The position numbers and the translations under genes are program-made. The notes beneath the pieces were generated by a model that did not search any database, was not told the origin of the DNA, and worked only from the letters and a program-made list of their open reading frames with translations. Of a stretch of DNA of 64,000 nt, positions 11,281 to 25,740 are shown one piece after another (positions within the stretch are counted from its first letter, which is position 1; each line of letters opens with the position of its first letter). The DNA is taken from contig OZ287748.1 of assembly GCA_965649765.1 (NCBI GenBank), positions 75,330,001 through 75,394,000 of the forward strand, read 5' to 3'. The DNA comes from Bispira polyomma. Lineage: Eukaryota.

Positions 11281-14200
11281 CAGCATCAAAACGAATTGGA
11301 GAATTTGTTTTTATTACAGTACAGTTACCTTTAAAGCTCTAGAAAATTGCTGTATTATTGATTTTGATTTGCAAGGTTTTAACTGATGTGCTTGTAAATA
11401 TTATCCTCTTTAATTCTCTTTAACCTATGTTGACTTGGCCATCAATTACTTGATCTTAAACCAAGCACAGTTTGATGACTCCTTGATGACTCGTTCTATG
11501 GAGCGTGGGATGGACAATAAAAAGGAATAAACATAAACATGAATCTGCATGCTATAAACATTAAAACTATAGATATAAATGAATCACAGTAATTTCTAAA
11601 GAAAGATAATTAATGTGTTTTACTACATGTAATTTAGTGAACCAATCATAGCTTAAAATAATTTGTAGCATAATCATTTTTTCACTTTCTATGCATTGTA
11701 TTAGTAGAGTAAAATAAGTCCATGGAGGAAAATTTTAGCAAAAACAGGTTATAAAACAGATTATAAAACAGGAGCAAAAACTATGGAAAATGTAATTTTA
11801 ATTAAGTATTGGATGTGGGAAGATAAATTGTCGCTAACACCAGTAGAACCAAATCAGCAGATACAACATTGTGACACATAGGTAGATATATTGTTGTTAC
11901 ATAATCAATTGTTTTCATGTGGCCCAATCGTTAAGGAGTTTGTCTTGTGATAAGAAGGTCTCGGTTTATAACATGCTCGTAACATCATAATGGTCACTTA
12001 GACACTTGAAAGGCTTTGTCTTAACATAATAAATTTTGAACAGGTGTATCTTAAATAATTCCATCTACATGTACAACGTTATATATATATATCTAGTATT
12101 TGACTTTAAACATCAATGTGATTTTCATGCTATTCATATATCATTATGACTTTTGGGTGTGGGTAGATAGTGCAGACAAAAATACACAAGAATGGGATGT
12201 TGCTACCTATAATAATCTCTGACAATGGATTGAGCAGATTTTCAAACCTGCTTATTGTGAGGGATAATTTTGTGGGTGGTAAGAGATCAGAGGGTTATTC
12301 AGATGCCAACCTTGGGTGGAGTTAAATATGTGCACCATGTGCTTAAATATTACCTTTTCCAAACTGGAAACTAATGGAGAAAATTAAGTAAGGTTTGCTG
12401 CCTTCGGGACCATAAAAGACAAATTTGCAGCAGCATTTACCACTGTAGTTTTCTCAGTTACAATAATCTAGCTGGGATGTAATAAAATCAGACTAGTGCT
12501 ATCCAAAACCAATGACAATGCTTTTGATGTACAACATATCCATTTTCATCTCAGCATAAAATAAAAAAATTATCAGCTTTTTACTCCAAGGCTGTCCTTG
12601 TTATATTGAACCAATTTTATAGGCGGAAGAAGGCACTTGCTAATTTATAGTATCTAATGCTGCAGTGCAGAAAGAAACAAGGTGACAATAAGTATATTTT
12701 TGAGAGTAGAAAGGACATCAGTTTAAATTCTATATATGGTCTTAGTTGCAGCGACAGTTTTCAGTGGTTTAACTGACAAACTTTAAATGAGTCACCTATC
12801 GAGTCTGGTTTAGTTCCGGGCCCAGGCCTTATATACAGGGTGGAGCACTAACACGCTGCAGAAATGAATCACTTATTTCTTCTTGAGATTCCATTGATAA
12901 ATTATCCTTTTTTGTATCAGCTTGTTGATAAACACATCATTATACTTTTGGGTTCGGGTAAGATAGCATCAACATCGGAAGAGTGTTGGGTTTATTCCTG
13001 TTCTGAATGTCAAGTTTGATATAGATGAAGGAAAATCTTGGTAGTATAGTGGTAACACACTCACCTCCTACCTCTACAGCCTCTGGGTTCTAATCTCGAT
13101 CTGACCTGTATGTGGTAAATTTGGCAGCAGACTAGATAAATGCCGGTAATTTTGCAGACTACCCTGCTCTTAGATCCTCAACTGGGGAACTAAACATTGT
13201 GATACAACACAAGATGCGTTGAAAGCCAAATTTTAACAGAACTAGAAGTTAGAGAACAAAAGTAGTGTTATAACAGTTCTGATGACCACTTCACATATCT
13301 GGAATGTTTTGTCAGGTGATCATAGTGTGCCAGGATTATGAATTTCATCCAGACACACTCATACCGGTGATGTAGCAATTTAGCCTGAGTATCATTATGT
13401 TGTTGTTTGATCATATTAAAGGGCTTTTAACTATCTTTGGAGTATACTTGTTCGAGATATGTTTCACTTCAAAATCAAGCAGGTAAAAACGTCCTGTCAA
13501 CAGTTTTGGTATTTGTGTTTGCTCATTTGCCAAATTTATATTTTAGTTTTAATTGCCAGAGCCTTTAGTCTTTAAAGCACAATGTAGCAATTCTTCGCAT
13601 GGCGGTGTCATGATAAAAATCTAAACTCCCACATTTGCAGTGGTAGGTCTGAATCTAGACACATGCATGCAATCACATTGCAATAATGATGGCCAAAAAA
13701 CCTGTACTAGTTCTTCCACTGGTGACCTGCAGACAAAGTTATTGGGAGAATTGGAGTGTGCAATAAATTTATAACAAATAGTAATCTTGGTTTTTATCTT
13801 TCAAATCCAACATAGGGGTACCCACTAAAAAGGTGGTATATTTTGGGGTTGATTAGAACAGTGGAACTAATTAAAACTGTCAACTGGGAGAGATAAGGCT
13901 TAACTTACATAGCAGCTCTGACCTTACTAGGGACCAAGGGCTACTTCACACATTTATTATCATTTTTATCCTATAGCCTCTATAATATGCAAAATATGAT
14001 CACCAAGGTTTATACAAATTTTCCTTGGCGAAGTATGTTCAAAATAAAAAAAAAACAGTTTTCCATTTTTATTCTGATAAAATATTGTTTTTAAAATTTA
14101 GCATGGCATTCTGATAGATTATTATGAAATTGATTTTAGCTATTAAGCAAATAAGCTAGAAAAATCAATCTTAATTTCCAGTAAACGTTTTATGGCATAA

Positions 14201-15361
14201 CTGTAGAAGTGGCAATGTTCACTAGGAACTCAAAATTGTACATTAGTTCAACTTTCTCACAACTAAAATATGCACTTATACAGTACCCCCAAAAAATACT
14301 GGTAAGTCAATATCTCAACTTGATGTAAACCTTCCATTACATTTCAAAAATAATTTGTTTGAATTTGAATTTGGGTTATCATCACTTAATTTTTCTGTCT
14401 CTGCCAATTTCATCTGATGTTGTCAATACGTTGCTGTTACCTTTGACTTCTTTGAACTTCAGTGAATCCCATTATAGACGCAGCCTCATTATTAGTCACA
14501 AACAAATGTCACTCACACTAATTATACTTCGGCCTAAAGCAGCTTAGATATCAAAATAACTGGCAAATAAAGCATCAGGCTTTTAATAAACCATCAAATT
14601 GTCAAGTGCGGGCAATGGAACACCATTATCATACAGTGTGAAGGCATTTCAGAGATATTATCCAGCCAGCAGGAAATTAGTTATCTGTATTTATAAGTTA
14701 ATAAAAGTCCCAAAAAGTACATTGAGATTCTTACTGGGCCAGCTGGTAAAAACTAGTTGTCTGTATGTATAGGTTAATGGAGGTCTAAAAGGCCTTACTG
14801 GGGAACGTGTGTGGTATGTCTTTTTGTGGTTAACAACACTGGGGACAAAGTTACAGAAGTTGCAATGCTATGTCTTTATTCTGAATGGTGAGGTTTAAGT
14901 ATATTGTTATTATTATTAATTGCACATATGCTATTTTAAGTATAAAGTTAATATCATTTTAGCAACGGGTAATCGATTGCTTTATTTCATGGTAATTTGT
15001 TTGGATAATAAAAACATAAAAGGCCTGTCTTTTAATGCATATATTCTTAAATGTATCTTCCACTGTGGCTGAGTGGGCAACAAACTGGCCTTGGATTACT
15101 GGGGACCTCAATTTGATCCCCGCCAGAGGCTCTAAGGTACAGAGAAATTACATAGTGGACCGGATGACTATTTAAATTGGCTATAATGTTATTCATTAGC
15201 AAGATAAAGCACCTTTGAAAAGTTGCTTAATGGTCATCTTCAACTAAGTCTTCAGAGAATTTTATACTTTATCTTCAATGTTAATATTAAAAGTTCAAGT
15301 AACATGCAGAAACTTGGCCTGGTGGTTAAAAACGTTGACTGTAATACCACCAACCCATTTG

Positions 15362-16740
15362 CTATTGTTTTTTTTTTCTATAGCACTTTTTTCTAATAAA
15401 AGCTCAGAGTGCTTTACAAATACTAAAGACAACCTAACTTAAAAACAGATTTTAAAAAGGTAAAACTGTTCATCCAAGCCAAACAGGTAAATTTTGAGTT
15501 TTTTCTCTGAAGAAACAACATTGTCCAGACTCCTATTGTGGAAAGGAAGGCAGTTCTAATTTTTTTGGGCAGACAGTACAAAGCATTTATCCCTATATCT
15601 ATTCTGGTCCTAGTAACATCAAACTGGGGTATATTAAAAGAACAAACCGCTGAAATTGTTCTTCCGTACGGAGGAAGATAATCAGACAGATAGGAGGGGG
15701 AGTTCCCTCTGGTGGTATTGTACATAAAAACCTTTAAAGACTTTAAATACTATTCTTATCCAAATTGGAAGCCAGTGAGGCTGGTGTAGAATGGCATTGA
15801 TATTTGAGTCCTGTTGCGCGGTATAAGCAATACTTGCAGCTGCATGTTGAACATTTTGAAGCTTTCGCAGAAGACCCTTGCTAATGCCAAGTAGCAGGCT
15901 ATTGCAATAGTCTAAACGTGATGTGACATAGACATAAATGAGAGACTTTGTGGCCTCTACTGTGAGAAATTTCCTGATTTTGGCAATGATTTTAAGGTAA
16001 AAGAAAGTTGAAGACACTTTTTGATGAACAAATATTTCCATTGTCATACATAAATCAAATATTGCACCAAGATATCTAGCATGTGTTTTACTGTCAGTCG
16101 GGGATATTGCTAACTGTTACTGAAATAGAGGGATGTTTCCTGAGAAAATTTGGAGAAGTGAATAAGAGTAATTCAGTTTTATCATCATTTAACTTTAAAA
16201 GATTCGATAACATCCATTTCTTTATGTCCACTATACACAATTCTAATGCAGCCATACAGCATTAATGAACATCATGTGGGTTGAAATTCATGTATAGCTG
16301 AGTGTCATCTGCATAAGAGTGGTGGTCAATACCATGGCGAGTTGCAATCTCACCAACAGGGGCAGTATACATACTAAAAAATATAGGACCGAGAACCAAA
16401 CCCTGAGGGACACTAAAATGTAGTTGGATACTTGAAGATAGTTTTCCAGACACAATTACCGATTGTGAACATGCTGATAAGTATGACTTAAACCACTCCA
16501 GGGCATTTCCAACTATTCCAAAACAAGAATTCATCTGAGCGAACAAGATGCCATGATCAATTGTATCTAAATTGTTTGTTATAGAGAATTTTTAGTGTAT
16601 CACTCTGAACTTTGAACAAGGCTGCTTCTGTTGAGTGATATCGATAGTTAGCTGACTGCATTTTCGCATTGAGATTGTATGAATCTAAGTTGTGTTCTAG
16701 ACGTTTGGCAACAATTTTCTACAGTAGTCTTCTGTTTACA
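15362..16740 (-). mobile_element. 5'-truncated L2/CR1-group LINE (RT C-half, frameshifted)
   Basis: VPQGLVLGPIFFSMY, SYADDTQLY, VTSRLDYCNSLL and HWLPI motifs; L2-type 3' tail tgtaaagcactctgag...aagtgctatagaaa on minus strand. Confidence 0.9.
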
Positions 16741-18727
16741 TAACTAATTGCCTGTGTTTGTTGGAAACATCAACGCCAACCTGAAATACACAGTAACTTT
16801 TACATTATATACAACCTGTCATTTTTAAGATAACCTATGGATTTTAATGTATTAACTTACTCTCCATTATATGTGAATATCTATTTTAATTATAACCTAG
16901 CCAGTATAGACTTGCATGTGTTAATCAGTCAGCACCAAGTTCTAGTTATTATGTGCTGAGACACATATTTCACATGTGAGGTTGTTCTCATGTTAACCAG
17001 TTAACACTAAATTCTAGTTAGTATATGACTTTATATACATTTTGCATGTCAAACAATGGCATTTGCTTACCTGGTTTGGCCAGTACAGGCCATTTACCTG
17101 CTGAGTGATATCGACAGTATACCTGCAAGATAAATGAGTTGGCTTTACGGCTGAACCGGTTTGGCTGGTACAGGCTCTAATGGGTTAAATTAATCATGTG
17201 AGTTGTCACATCTGCCGCCACTTTCCTTGTGCCAGTACAGGCCATTAACCCTTACTGCATTAATTCCAATAACATATATGTATAAATAGTATGTAAATAA
17301 CATCAGTGCATCATCACAATGCACTTTAATTATAATAACCTAATGTCAGGTTGGGGCATAATGCCTACGTATGTTTCACCTTGTACATGGTTCTACAGTA
17401 ATATGCATATTATATACATGTATAACCGAAAGAAAAGTTGATTAGAAGTAAATTTTTATTTTAGTTTATTTTTAATGTGTTTTTAGGAGTTGGGGAATGC
17501 ACTTGCCCCTCATCTCTCAGAACAGTGCAATGAAATCCCACTGCAACCTTAAAGTGGAAAAGTTTGCAAGGTACTTGCTGAAAGTCAGTCCTGTCTAGTT
17601 TAAATTGTACTGCTTTGCTCCACCAAAACAAATCACAAGATGATCAACGATGTTCAAAATGACGTAAAACCCAAATATATATTTTATATGAGCAAAGATG
17701 TTGTGAATGTAGTAACCGAAATATATTAAAATAGGAAGAAAGTTATATCATGAAGTCTTCACCTGATTCATTGTTTTAGCTAGGTTTTACCCTTGGGTTA
17801 TTTCCATATATCAGACAATAAGTCAGAAGTAGCCAGTGTTCTGCCAATGTTCATTTACTAAGTAATTTTCTTATCAATGCTAATCAACATACTTCAAGAA
17901 TAACCTGGGATTATTATTGCAGATATGTTGTTAAAACAGTTCACATATACACTATATATCTTCCATTGTTATCCCAGAAAATATTTTGGGCCATTTTTGT
18001 TTTTCAACAATCTAAAACCATTTTTTCTGATACATTGAAAATTATTATGAATAAAATAAGAATGCATGTTAGTTTAACTTAAGCCCATTTAAAATTAAAA
18101 AGTAAGTCTTTGACATGAAAAAGAAAAACATTTTTGTCCAATTACTTTGTGAGAATATTTTTAATGAAACAAAAACAATGAATAAGTAGAATGAGTCAAA
18201 GAGTTAGTTAAATTTTATATTGTTTAGTTGATGTGACAACTGAAATATTTATAACGATACTTATGTACATGTATTAAAGAACTGACAACTATTGTACTAC
18301 ATATACCTCTTTTCCTTTATACACACTAGTATTTCCAATATTTGACACTCATATTACTATAACTTTTGCGATCTGTGTCAGCAAACCTTTCACACATCTT
18401 GTACTATTTCTGCTTTAAGAAGTATAAACTGAAGATTTTTTCAACCCTTCTCTCATTTGACATCGTGCTTTTGCTGTAGTCTGAATTGATTAAAGCCATA
18501 GAATAGAATTAATTAGAAACCTTGATTGACATTTGATATTAACCTTTCATGATGATTATGAGAATAAGGTAAACTACTCTTAATAAACCTGGATGAAATT
18601 TCAACTCAATTATTGTCTCACAGGATTGAAATATCAATACATTTAATTAAACAGGAGCAGAAGTTTTAGTCTTTCTGTAAATGATAAATATTAGGCATTT
18701 CACACAGTGTTTTAGGTATAAAAGTAA

Positions 18728-18780
18728 ACTAGGAATGCCACTTAGTAGAGCACATCCCTCCGCCAAAGCACCACAGTAAT
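18728..18780 (+). mobile_element. Terminus of Helentron-associated (HINE/DINE-like) non-autonomous element
   Basis: actaggaatgccacttagtagagcacatccctccgccaaagc matches the terminus of the copy at 53530-53735; family assignment from recollection of the cctccgccaagg subterminal motif. Confidence 0.45.
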
Positions 18781-20537
18781 AAAAAGTGAAAAATTTTGTC
18801 TTAGCAATCTAAACACCTTTTTCTCCGATACATTAACATAGCTTTAGTTTTGTTTTGTAAAATTGTTATTTTAAACGTAGTGACATGTGTAAACATTACA
18901 TTTAATATGATATAACAAACATTATATACAGCACCCTGGGGATTATATGTCAGTGTAATCTAAACATAAAATGTAATACATGTTGTGTAAAGAATACATG
19001 TACTACACAAATATACACATCTATATTGAGCCATGCTTCAAGCATCAGCAGCTCTGAATAGGCTACAATATCTTTTATTGAAAACAAATAATAACATAAA
19101 CTAAAACAAGCAAACTAACGGGCTTATGAGACGCTATGGACACATTTGATAAGTGACATAGTGACATGTTAAAGTATAATTTAGGAAGAATATATGACAA
19201 AAAGAGAAGCGGTTAATCTAAATTGTAAATTTTTTATACCATGCTTTTGTATAAAGGATCCTGAGTCTTTATATAATGTACATGATGTCATCAGAAAACA
19301 ACTTCTTTCATTTCCTTAAATGTACTTTTGCTGATCCAAAGAATCCTCTTAGTTGTGTAGTTAAACCCTAACTGAACTCAGTAATATTCACAACATGTAG
19401 CAGACTGTGTATAACAAGATATATATCTCTACGGCCACCTAAATGTGGACAAGTTTTTGTGTTAGTTAATCATATTTGTAGTTTTAGGAAAATGTGAGAT
19501 CAATGCCAAAATAAAGTGGCCAAATAACACCCAGGACTGTGTCCGTCTTCTGGGTTATATATTTTTTTTTTTGGGGGGGAGCTATTGAGCTTGGAACTGT
19601 ATATAGATATCTAGGCTTGATGTTATGTAACATTTTATTATAAAGAGACTTTTTAGCTCTCACATTTTCCATTAAGATGGTAGACTAAAGAGGAATCTGG
19701 TATTGTAGGAAAACATATTTTTTTACATCATTAAGAAATCTGGGCATTATAAACTAGTTCTCAATCATGTTGTAGTTTTAATTCAGGACGGAATATATAT
19801 ATAAGAATTATGTCTAGACATATTTGTATGGATGATAAGCTATAAATAGCAAAAAAATAAATTAAGCAAAAGAAGTTTGAAATTATGTTATTCCAGCTGA
19901 ATGACATTTTCTATTTCATATGATAAAAAAATATTTCCTTTGTTACTATAAAGTTCTTATTAAAAATCTTTGATATTGGCACATTTTTCTTTATATATTT
20001 ATATATATGTTTCCTTAATATTGAGAATAAAATATAAATATATTAGTACTCATTTTTATAGGGCTTTCAGTGAATAAGTATGCAGCCAAAATTTACAAAT
20101 CTTTCCTGTACACCACTATACAAAATTACAAATGCGACCCCATGAGTAGGACTAAATTTGCTATCCTTACATTGGATTACTTACTCAAAATACAATCAAT
20201 CTTAAAATTACATCTCAGTCATTTAACACCAGTATAATAAAGTTAATTCATCTTATGATGCAAAGTCTCCATTTGTCATGTACGTTATCATAGGCACATG
20301 GATATGGTGTTCAACAGTGTTTTCCTTTCCAAATGAAGGGCCTCGCCCAAAACACGAAGATGTGACTGTGTGAGTTTCAGGTAAACACCTTTATAAGCAT
20401 GGTCATAAGTTTATGTTCTATATTAAGTACTCAACTCTTTTTAAATTGAGTTGCATACCACATTTGTTCAGGCTTGTCTAGAGGAGAAGAGCAGGAAGTG
20501 AAGTGAATTTTCTTTATAATGATGTCCCATCTGTTGC

Positions 20538-22850
20538 TATTCCATACCCCTTGTGTAGGTAAACAGGGTGCGGGGGTGGGATTTTTTATTAAGAAAAACT
20601 ATGAATGTCGATTAGTTGCTACACCAAGTTTTACATCTTTCGAACTCATCCTTGTCTCTGCTGACTGGAAAAACCACTGTTTAAATTTTGCAACAGTTTA
20701 TCGGCCTCCTGGCTCAAATCTCACTACATTTTTCGAAGAATTCATGTCTTTTGTTGGGTTTACTTGCTCGTTACCCTCTACTACTGTATTCTGTGGGAAT
20801 TTTAATATTCACATAGACACCGCATGGCGCCGAAACAAAACTACTACAAATAGATCTAGACTATGCCAATCACCTGGTGCAACAACACTATAAATGACTC
20901 AAAACATGCCTACTATGCCAACATGATATCACAAAGTGAGGGTGACCCGAAGAAACTTTGGCAAAAACTAAATAGCACCCTCCACTGTAAAAAACAGACT
21001 ATACTACCCGAAAATTGCTATAGCAACTCACTGGCAAACATTTTTAGTACTTTTTTCACTGATAAAATTACCAGAATCCGTTACGGTTTTATATTAGCCG
21101 CCCCAAATGCTCCTTTACCAACAGCTCAACTAACCATCTTCGACTGTTTCTCCACAGTAACTGTTGATGAAGTCAGGAAAATTATACTGGCATCACCTGT
21201 AAAATCTTGCTTGCTAGATCCGTGGCCCACATTCCTTGTTAAGGAATGTACTGACATTTTATTGCTCTCAATCACAAAGCTTATCAACCTCTCGTTGGTA
21301 AATGGCGTCTTTCCAGATGATTTTAAAAAGGCCATTGTCACTCCTTTAATAAAAAAAGCCTTCTCTTCCAAAGGCTGACTTGAAAAATTACCGTCCTGTC
21401 TCAGACCTTTGCTATATCTCTAAGTTGGTAGAACGTGCGGTTGCCTTACAGATCAAACAACATGTTGACGTCAGCAATCTGTCCAATAAGTATCAGTCAG
21501 CGTACAAAAGTGGTCATTCTACTGAGACTGCACTTCTCTGCATCAAAAATGATGTTCATACATCTTTATCCAAAGGTATTCCTACTGCCTTAGTACTGCT
21601 GGATCTGTCAGCAGCCTTTGATACTATTGATCACAAAGTTCTTCTTGAGTGCCTATCGTCTTGGTTCGGTATCAGCGGTATGGCGCTTAAGTGGTTCACG
21701 ACATATTTGTCTGATAGATTCCAATCAGTCAAAATTGGCAATATCTTATCCGACCCAACATGGTTAAAATTTGGTGTTCCCCAAGGCTCCGTCCTGGGTC
21801 CCATTTTGTTCTCCATGTACACCACTCCACTCAGCAAGATTATTACTGCATACAAAAACATAAACTTTCACTTCTATGCTGATGATACCCAACTGTACAT
21901 CCACCTTACACCTGACTCTGCTCAGGCAGCTTTCACTTCCTTACAGAACTGCCTTGTTGATGTACAACACTGGATGGCAGCAAATAAACTCAAGCTGAAC
22001 CCTGAGAAGACTGAGTTTATTTTGTTTGGCTCCAAGTCGCAACGGGAAAAATTGTCCAGCTGTTTTCCACTTGACATTCTTGGCAGCAGGTTTTTTCCAG
22101 CTGACAAAGTACGAAACCTGGGGGTGGTGTTCGACTCTGAATTCTCCTTCTCTAACCATGTCGCATCGGTGTGTAGATCATGTTTTGTTGGCCTCCGTGA
22201 TTTCAGGCGGATTCGACGTTATCTTTCCAAATCCACTGCAATCACTGTTGCCAATGCTTTGGTCAGCAGCAGGCTTGATTACTGCAACTCTCTGTTCCGT
22301 TCCTTATCTCGTAGTGATCTCAGACGCCTACAGAATATCCAACACTCATTGGCACGTATTGTGACCAAAACTTCTAAATTTTCCCACATTACTCCTGTAC
22401 TCAAGTCACTGCACTGGCTCCCAATAAAATATTGTGTTGCTTTCAAAACAGCAACAATAATATATAAATTTCTAAATTCTGGATTACCCACTTATTTTAG
22501 CCCCCATCTATCAAAATATACATGCTCAGTTAGGACAAGGCACAGTAACCATGATAAATTATACCTTAACATTCCCACTTTCGACCCTCGCATCCACAAA
22601 TCCAAAGTTCAGTTCAATCACTGCCTAGCTCATGATGGCCCCCTCATTTGGAACAGCCTACCTGATCCTGTTCGCCTGGCTCAAACTTTCTCCTCTTTCA
22701 GGAGTAAGCTGAAGGCTTATCTTTTTGAACAGGCTTTTCCACCTTAGCCGTCGCAACCATTTACGGTAGTCTCCCTGGTTACAACTTCCATCCGCCCACT
22801 ATTTTTGATTTTCGATTAATGTTTTGGGTTTGTTGCGCCTTAGAATTTGT
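20538..22850 (+). mobile_element. L2-clade LINE, internally deleted endonuclease, near-intact RT
   Basis: APE fragment (GVGFF, VYRPP, GNFNIH) joined by deletion near 20820; homopolymer frameshift near 21355; ORF 21380-22747 with NYRPVS, LDLSAAFDTIDH, GVPQGSVLGP, YADD, SRLDYCNS, LHWLP; 3' UTR to ~22850. Confidence 0.95.
21380..22747 (+). CDS. L2 ORF2 reverse transcriptase domain (455 aa open segment of a disrupted ORF)
   Basis: Uninterrupted non-LTR RT motifs including YADD; not a complete ORF2. Confidence 0.85.
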   Translation: MKNYRPVSDLCYISKLVERAVALQIKQHVDVSNLSNKYQSAYKSGHSTETALLCIKNDVHTSLSKGIPTALVLLDLSAAFDTIDHKVLLECLSSWFGISGMALKWFTTYLSDRFQSVKIGNILSDPTWLKFGVPQGSVLGPILFSMYTTPLSKIITAYKNINFHFYADDTQLYIHLTPDSAQAAFTSLQNCLVDVQHWMAANKLKLNPEKTEFILFGSKSQREKLSSCFPLDILGSRFFPADKVRNLGVVFDSEFSFSNHVASVCRSCFVGLRDFRRIRRYLSKSTAITVANALVSSRLDYCNSLFRSLSRSDLRRLQNIQHSLARIVTKTSKFSHITPVLKSLHWLPIKYCVAFKTATIIYKFLNSGLPTYFSPHLSKYTCSVRTRHSNHDKLYLNIPTFDPRIHKSKVQFNHCLAHDGPLIWNSLPDPVRLAQTFSSFRSKLKAYLFEQAFPP

Positions 22851-22854
22851 TGCA

Positions 22855-25740
22855 ATGGTATGGTGTTCCTTAAATGCTATCAGAATATCTACCACAAACA
22901 ATTTTGATGGTTGTTGTCGTGTATGGTTTCATGTTAATGGCCATACAAGCTCATAACTTAGGGCTCATAAAACATTTTAAATGGAAATAGAACCCTCAGT
23001 TATCCTAATAAATTTATCAAAAACCCAGAATACAGTACCGAGTTGTCGCACAGGGCTTAACAAAGGACAGGACATTTGGTCAAAGAAACAAATTCAATTA
23101 TAATTTACCACAGTAAATAATACAATTTTTTTTTGTGTTCATCAAGAATGGTATGACTTTATGGAGAACACTTTCTTTTTATATTTTTCATTTTTATGGT
23201 TCCCAGCTTTATTAGTTTTTGCTGTATATGCTATCCATTACTCATATAAAAAGATGCCATGCTCCACCCATCCATTTTGTCAACCACATTAATCCCTTCC
23301 AAACTCTCAGTGGTATCAAACGGCATTAACAAGTGTCTATTATTAGTCCCTCCTAAAAACAAATCACTAAGCACAATTTGTATAGTCATTTTGGAAATGC
23401 TGGGGCATGTATGACAATTTTAACATATTAAGACATATCATAATGATTAGTTTTTGATGGCGAAGAATATTATATAGAAATCCATTTGGTACTGTTAATT
23501 ACAGAACTACAGCAAGTACATCGTGACAAAAGTTATTACATGACGGTATCATTTTGGAGTCAAACAATTGTGTGGAGTGATTTTATAGTAAATAGGGTCA
23601 AGATGCAGGGAAGTGATAATTCTGTATGTGAAAGAATGGTGGTACATATATGTTGTTGTCATATGTGTAACTTATTCCAATGACTTGGAAAAGAACTTTG
23701 AGAATATTGATATATGCTTGTCCACAAGCATTTGTTTAATATCTGAAGAATGACGGTAACTACATAAAGAAGTGTGCAGTAATGAACAGGGAATTAATAT
23801 AGGTTTCCATGCCACAATTATCAATTAAAATCAACCACATTTTGACAATGGAGCCATGGTACAGGAAATTATTTAAGAAGGAACAAAAAACAAAGAAGAA
23901 ACAGTCAACTGAGAAATATGTAATCAAAAGAAGGTAGAATTATCAAGATAGTAAATTTTCATTTAGTTGACCCTTTATGTACATTTGATTACATGTATTC
24001 GCTATGTGCTGAAGCACTAAGTACATATTAATTGTAGTCATTGAGGTCAGTTTGGAACTTATTTGCACTGGGAACAGTAGGTTAATGTTAAGGAAAGGCA
24101 TATGAAGCTCCCAAAATAGATACCATCATCCAAGTTAATATTATTAATATTGTTATGGAAAAATATATCAAGCTGACAGATAATCTTGTTGATGACTAAG
24201 ACTAAAGTCTTACAAATCTGCAACACCATAAAGTGCCAAGTGCAAGTCTGAAACAGTAGTATTGTACTTCTTTATATGGTAGCTTATGTGTTTTGTTATA
24301 AAGTACTGGATTAGACTTAGGATTATTGGGGAAATTGCACAATTGCAGCAAACTATTTTATAATAATAAAATTGGCCTAAAATGATGCATTTATGTTAAA
24401 AAGAGAGGACCTTAGCACATGTTCTAAATATTGCTCGAATGATATTGCAGATGAATACCATGCCTTATATATTTTTATATACACAGTTTTCTTAACTTAC
24501 TTATTACATCTAATCTCCATTTTATATTTTTATTATCATCAAATAAATATATATGACACATTTGGGACTGAAGAAGCATTGACTGGGCAACTGGGTTCAC
24601 TGTTTATAACAATAATAATAATAATATGTTGTTGTTTTTCCCTTTTTGCATAATAGGTTATATTTATGGATGTTTTAGATTTTTAGAATTATTTGCGGTG
24701 ACAATGAAGACCTATAAAAAGTCACAGATAGTTAAATGCTTTCAGAAGATAATGCAAATATGTTGAATATGGTAAACTGCATTGATATTCCAGTGAGATG
24801 ATAATTGTTGCCACTTTTTAAATAATATTCTATCCTTTGTTATTCCCATAGTGAAGGAAATAACTCCTAGGTGACAATACGGTTCTACGTACATTCCCAG
24901 AGGAAACTGAAAAAAACATCTATTTGTGGGTTTTTTTAGGGAACAATAATAAAGAAGAACAAAAGACAATCCATTTTCCTTGGCTGCAATGTTTTGTGGC
25001 TTGTCTGAGATGCACTTTGTGAGTATTTTATTGTCTTTCTTTGCTTTGTGATAAGCTGAAAAGTAGAGATAAATTATTGCATGTACTTTATGTTCACGTC
25101 TATGTTTTCCCATTGTGATTGCCTTTTAGTTTTGGTACAAATATGATTTCTTGTTAATTGGAAATAATCTGATAGCCCCAACAAGTGCAAATTTGAAAGT
25201 CCCAAGCTAGAATCTTTAAAACAGAAGCAACAATACCATAATATTATGGTTTATTGCATTGAGGAAATGTTTTAACAATCTATATTTTTGTAGCATATGG
25301 AGTATTGTAGTAAATTATTCTGTTAAAAAGTTAATTAAGATAATAAATAAATCTTCCTGCAACAATATTACCAACACCAGTTCCTGTCTCATAGTTAGTC
25401 AGTTTTGTTGTAAATAGTGATGGGGGCTGGGGGTGGTCGGCCAGTGTGTTACCACTGCACCATCAAGCCCATCACCTCACCTAGTAGAGAGCCAGTAATT
25501 ATATGTTAATTAATAATGTTAGGGTCTCTATATTTTTAACTATGGTAAAAGTACTTAGAGCTACAATTTGTTCTTGAATTTGCTGATGACTCATGCTTGA
25601 CATTATATGGTTTAAAATAAATAGTTAAAATCATCATTATTAATAATGATATACACGTACTAGTCTAACCATAACATAGCTTATATGTAAGTTTGAACTC
25701 ACATATAAAGTATATATACCCAACTGAGTGAAGGGCTATA
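22855..25740 (+). repeat. Segmental duplication block C (paralog of C' at ~26177-30955)
   Basis: Shared strings gttccttaaat.ctatcagaata (22865 / 26187), gtaatcaaaagaaggtagaattatcaag (23920 / 27741), caacaatattacc.ac.ccagttcctgt (25360 / 29608), agcttatatgtaagtttgaact (25678 / 30900). Confidence 0.9.

Larger units (their letters stand above)
12645..20537 (+). repeat. Segmental duplication block A'
   Basis: Colinear with 1610-6420, expanded by insertions at ~15356-17510 and ~17950-19870. Confidence 0.9.

Noticed and set aside
17130-17256. piggyBac-like termini (gggTTAA / TTAAccc)
   Set aside because: No matching partner TIR identified in the window.
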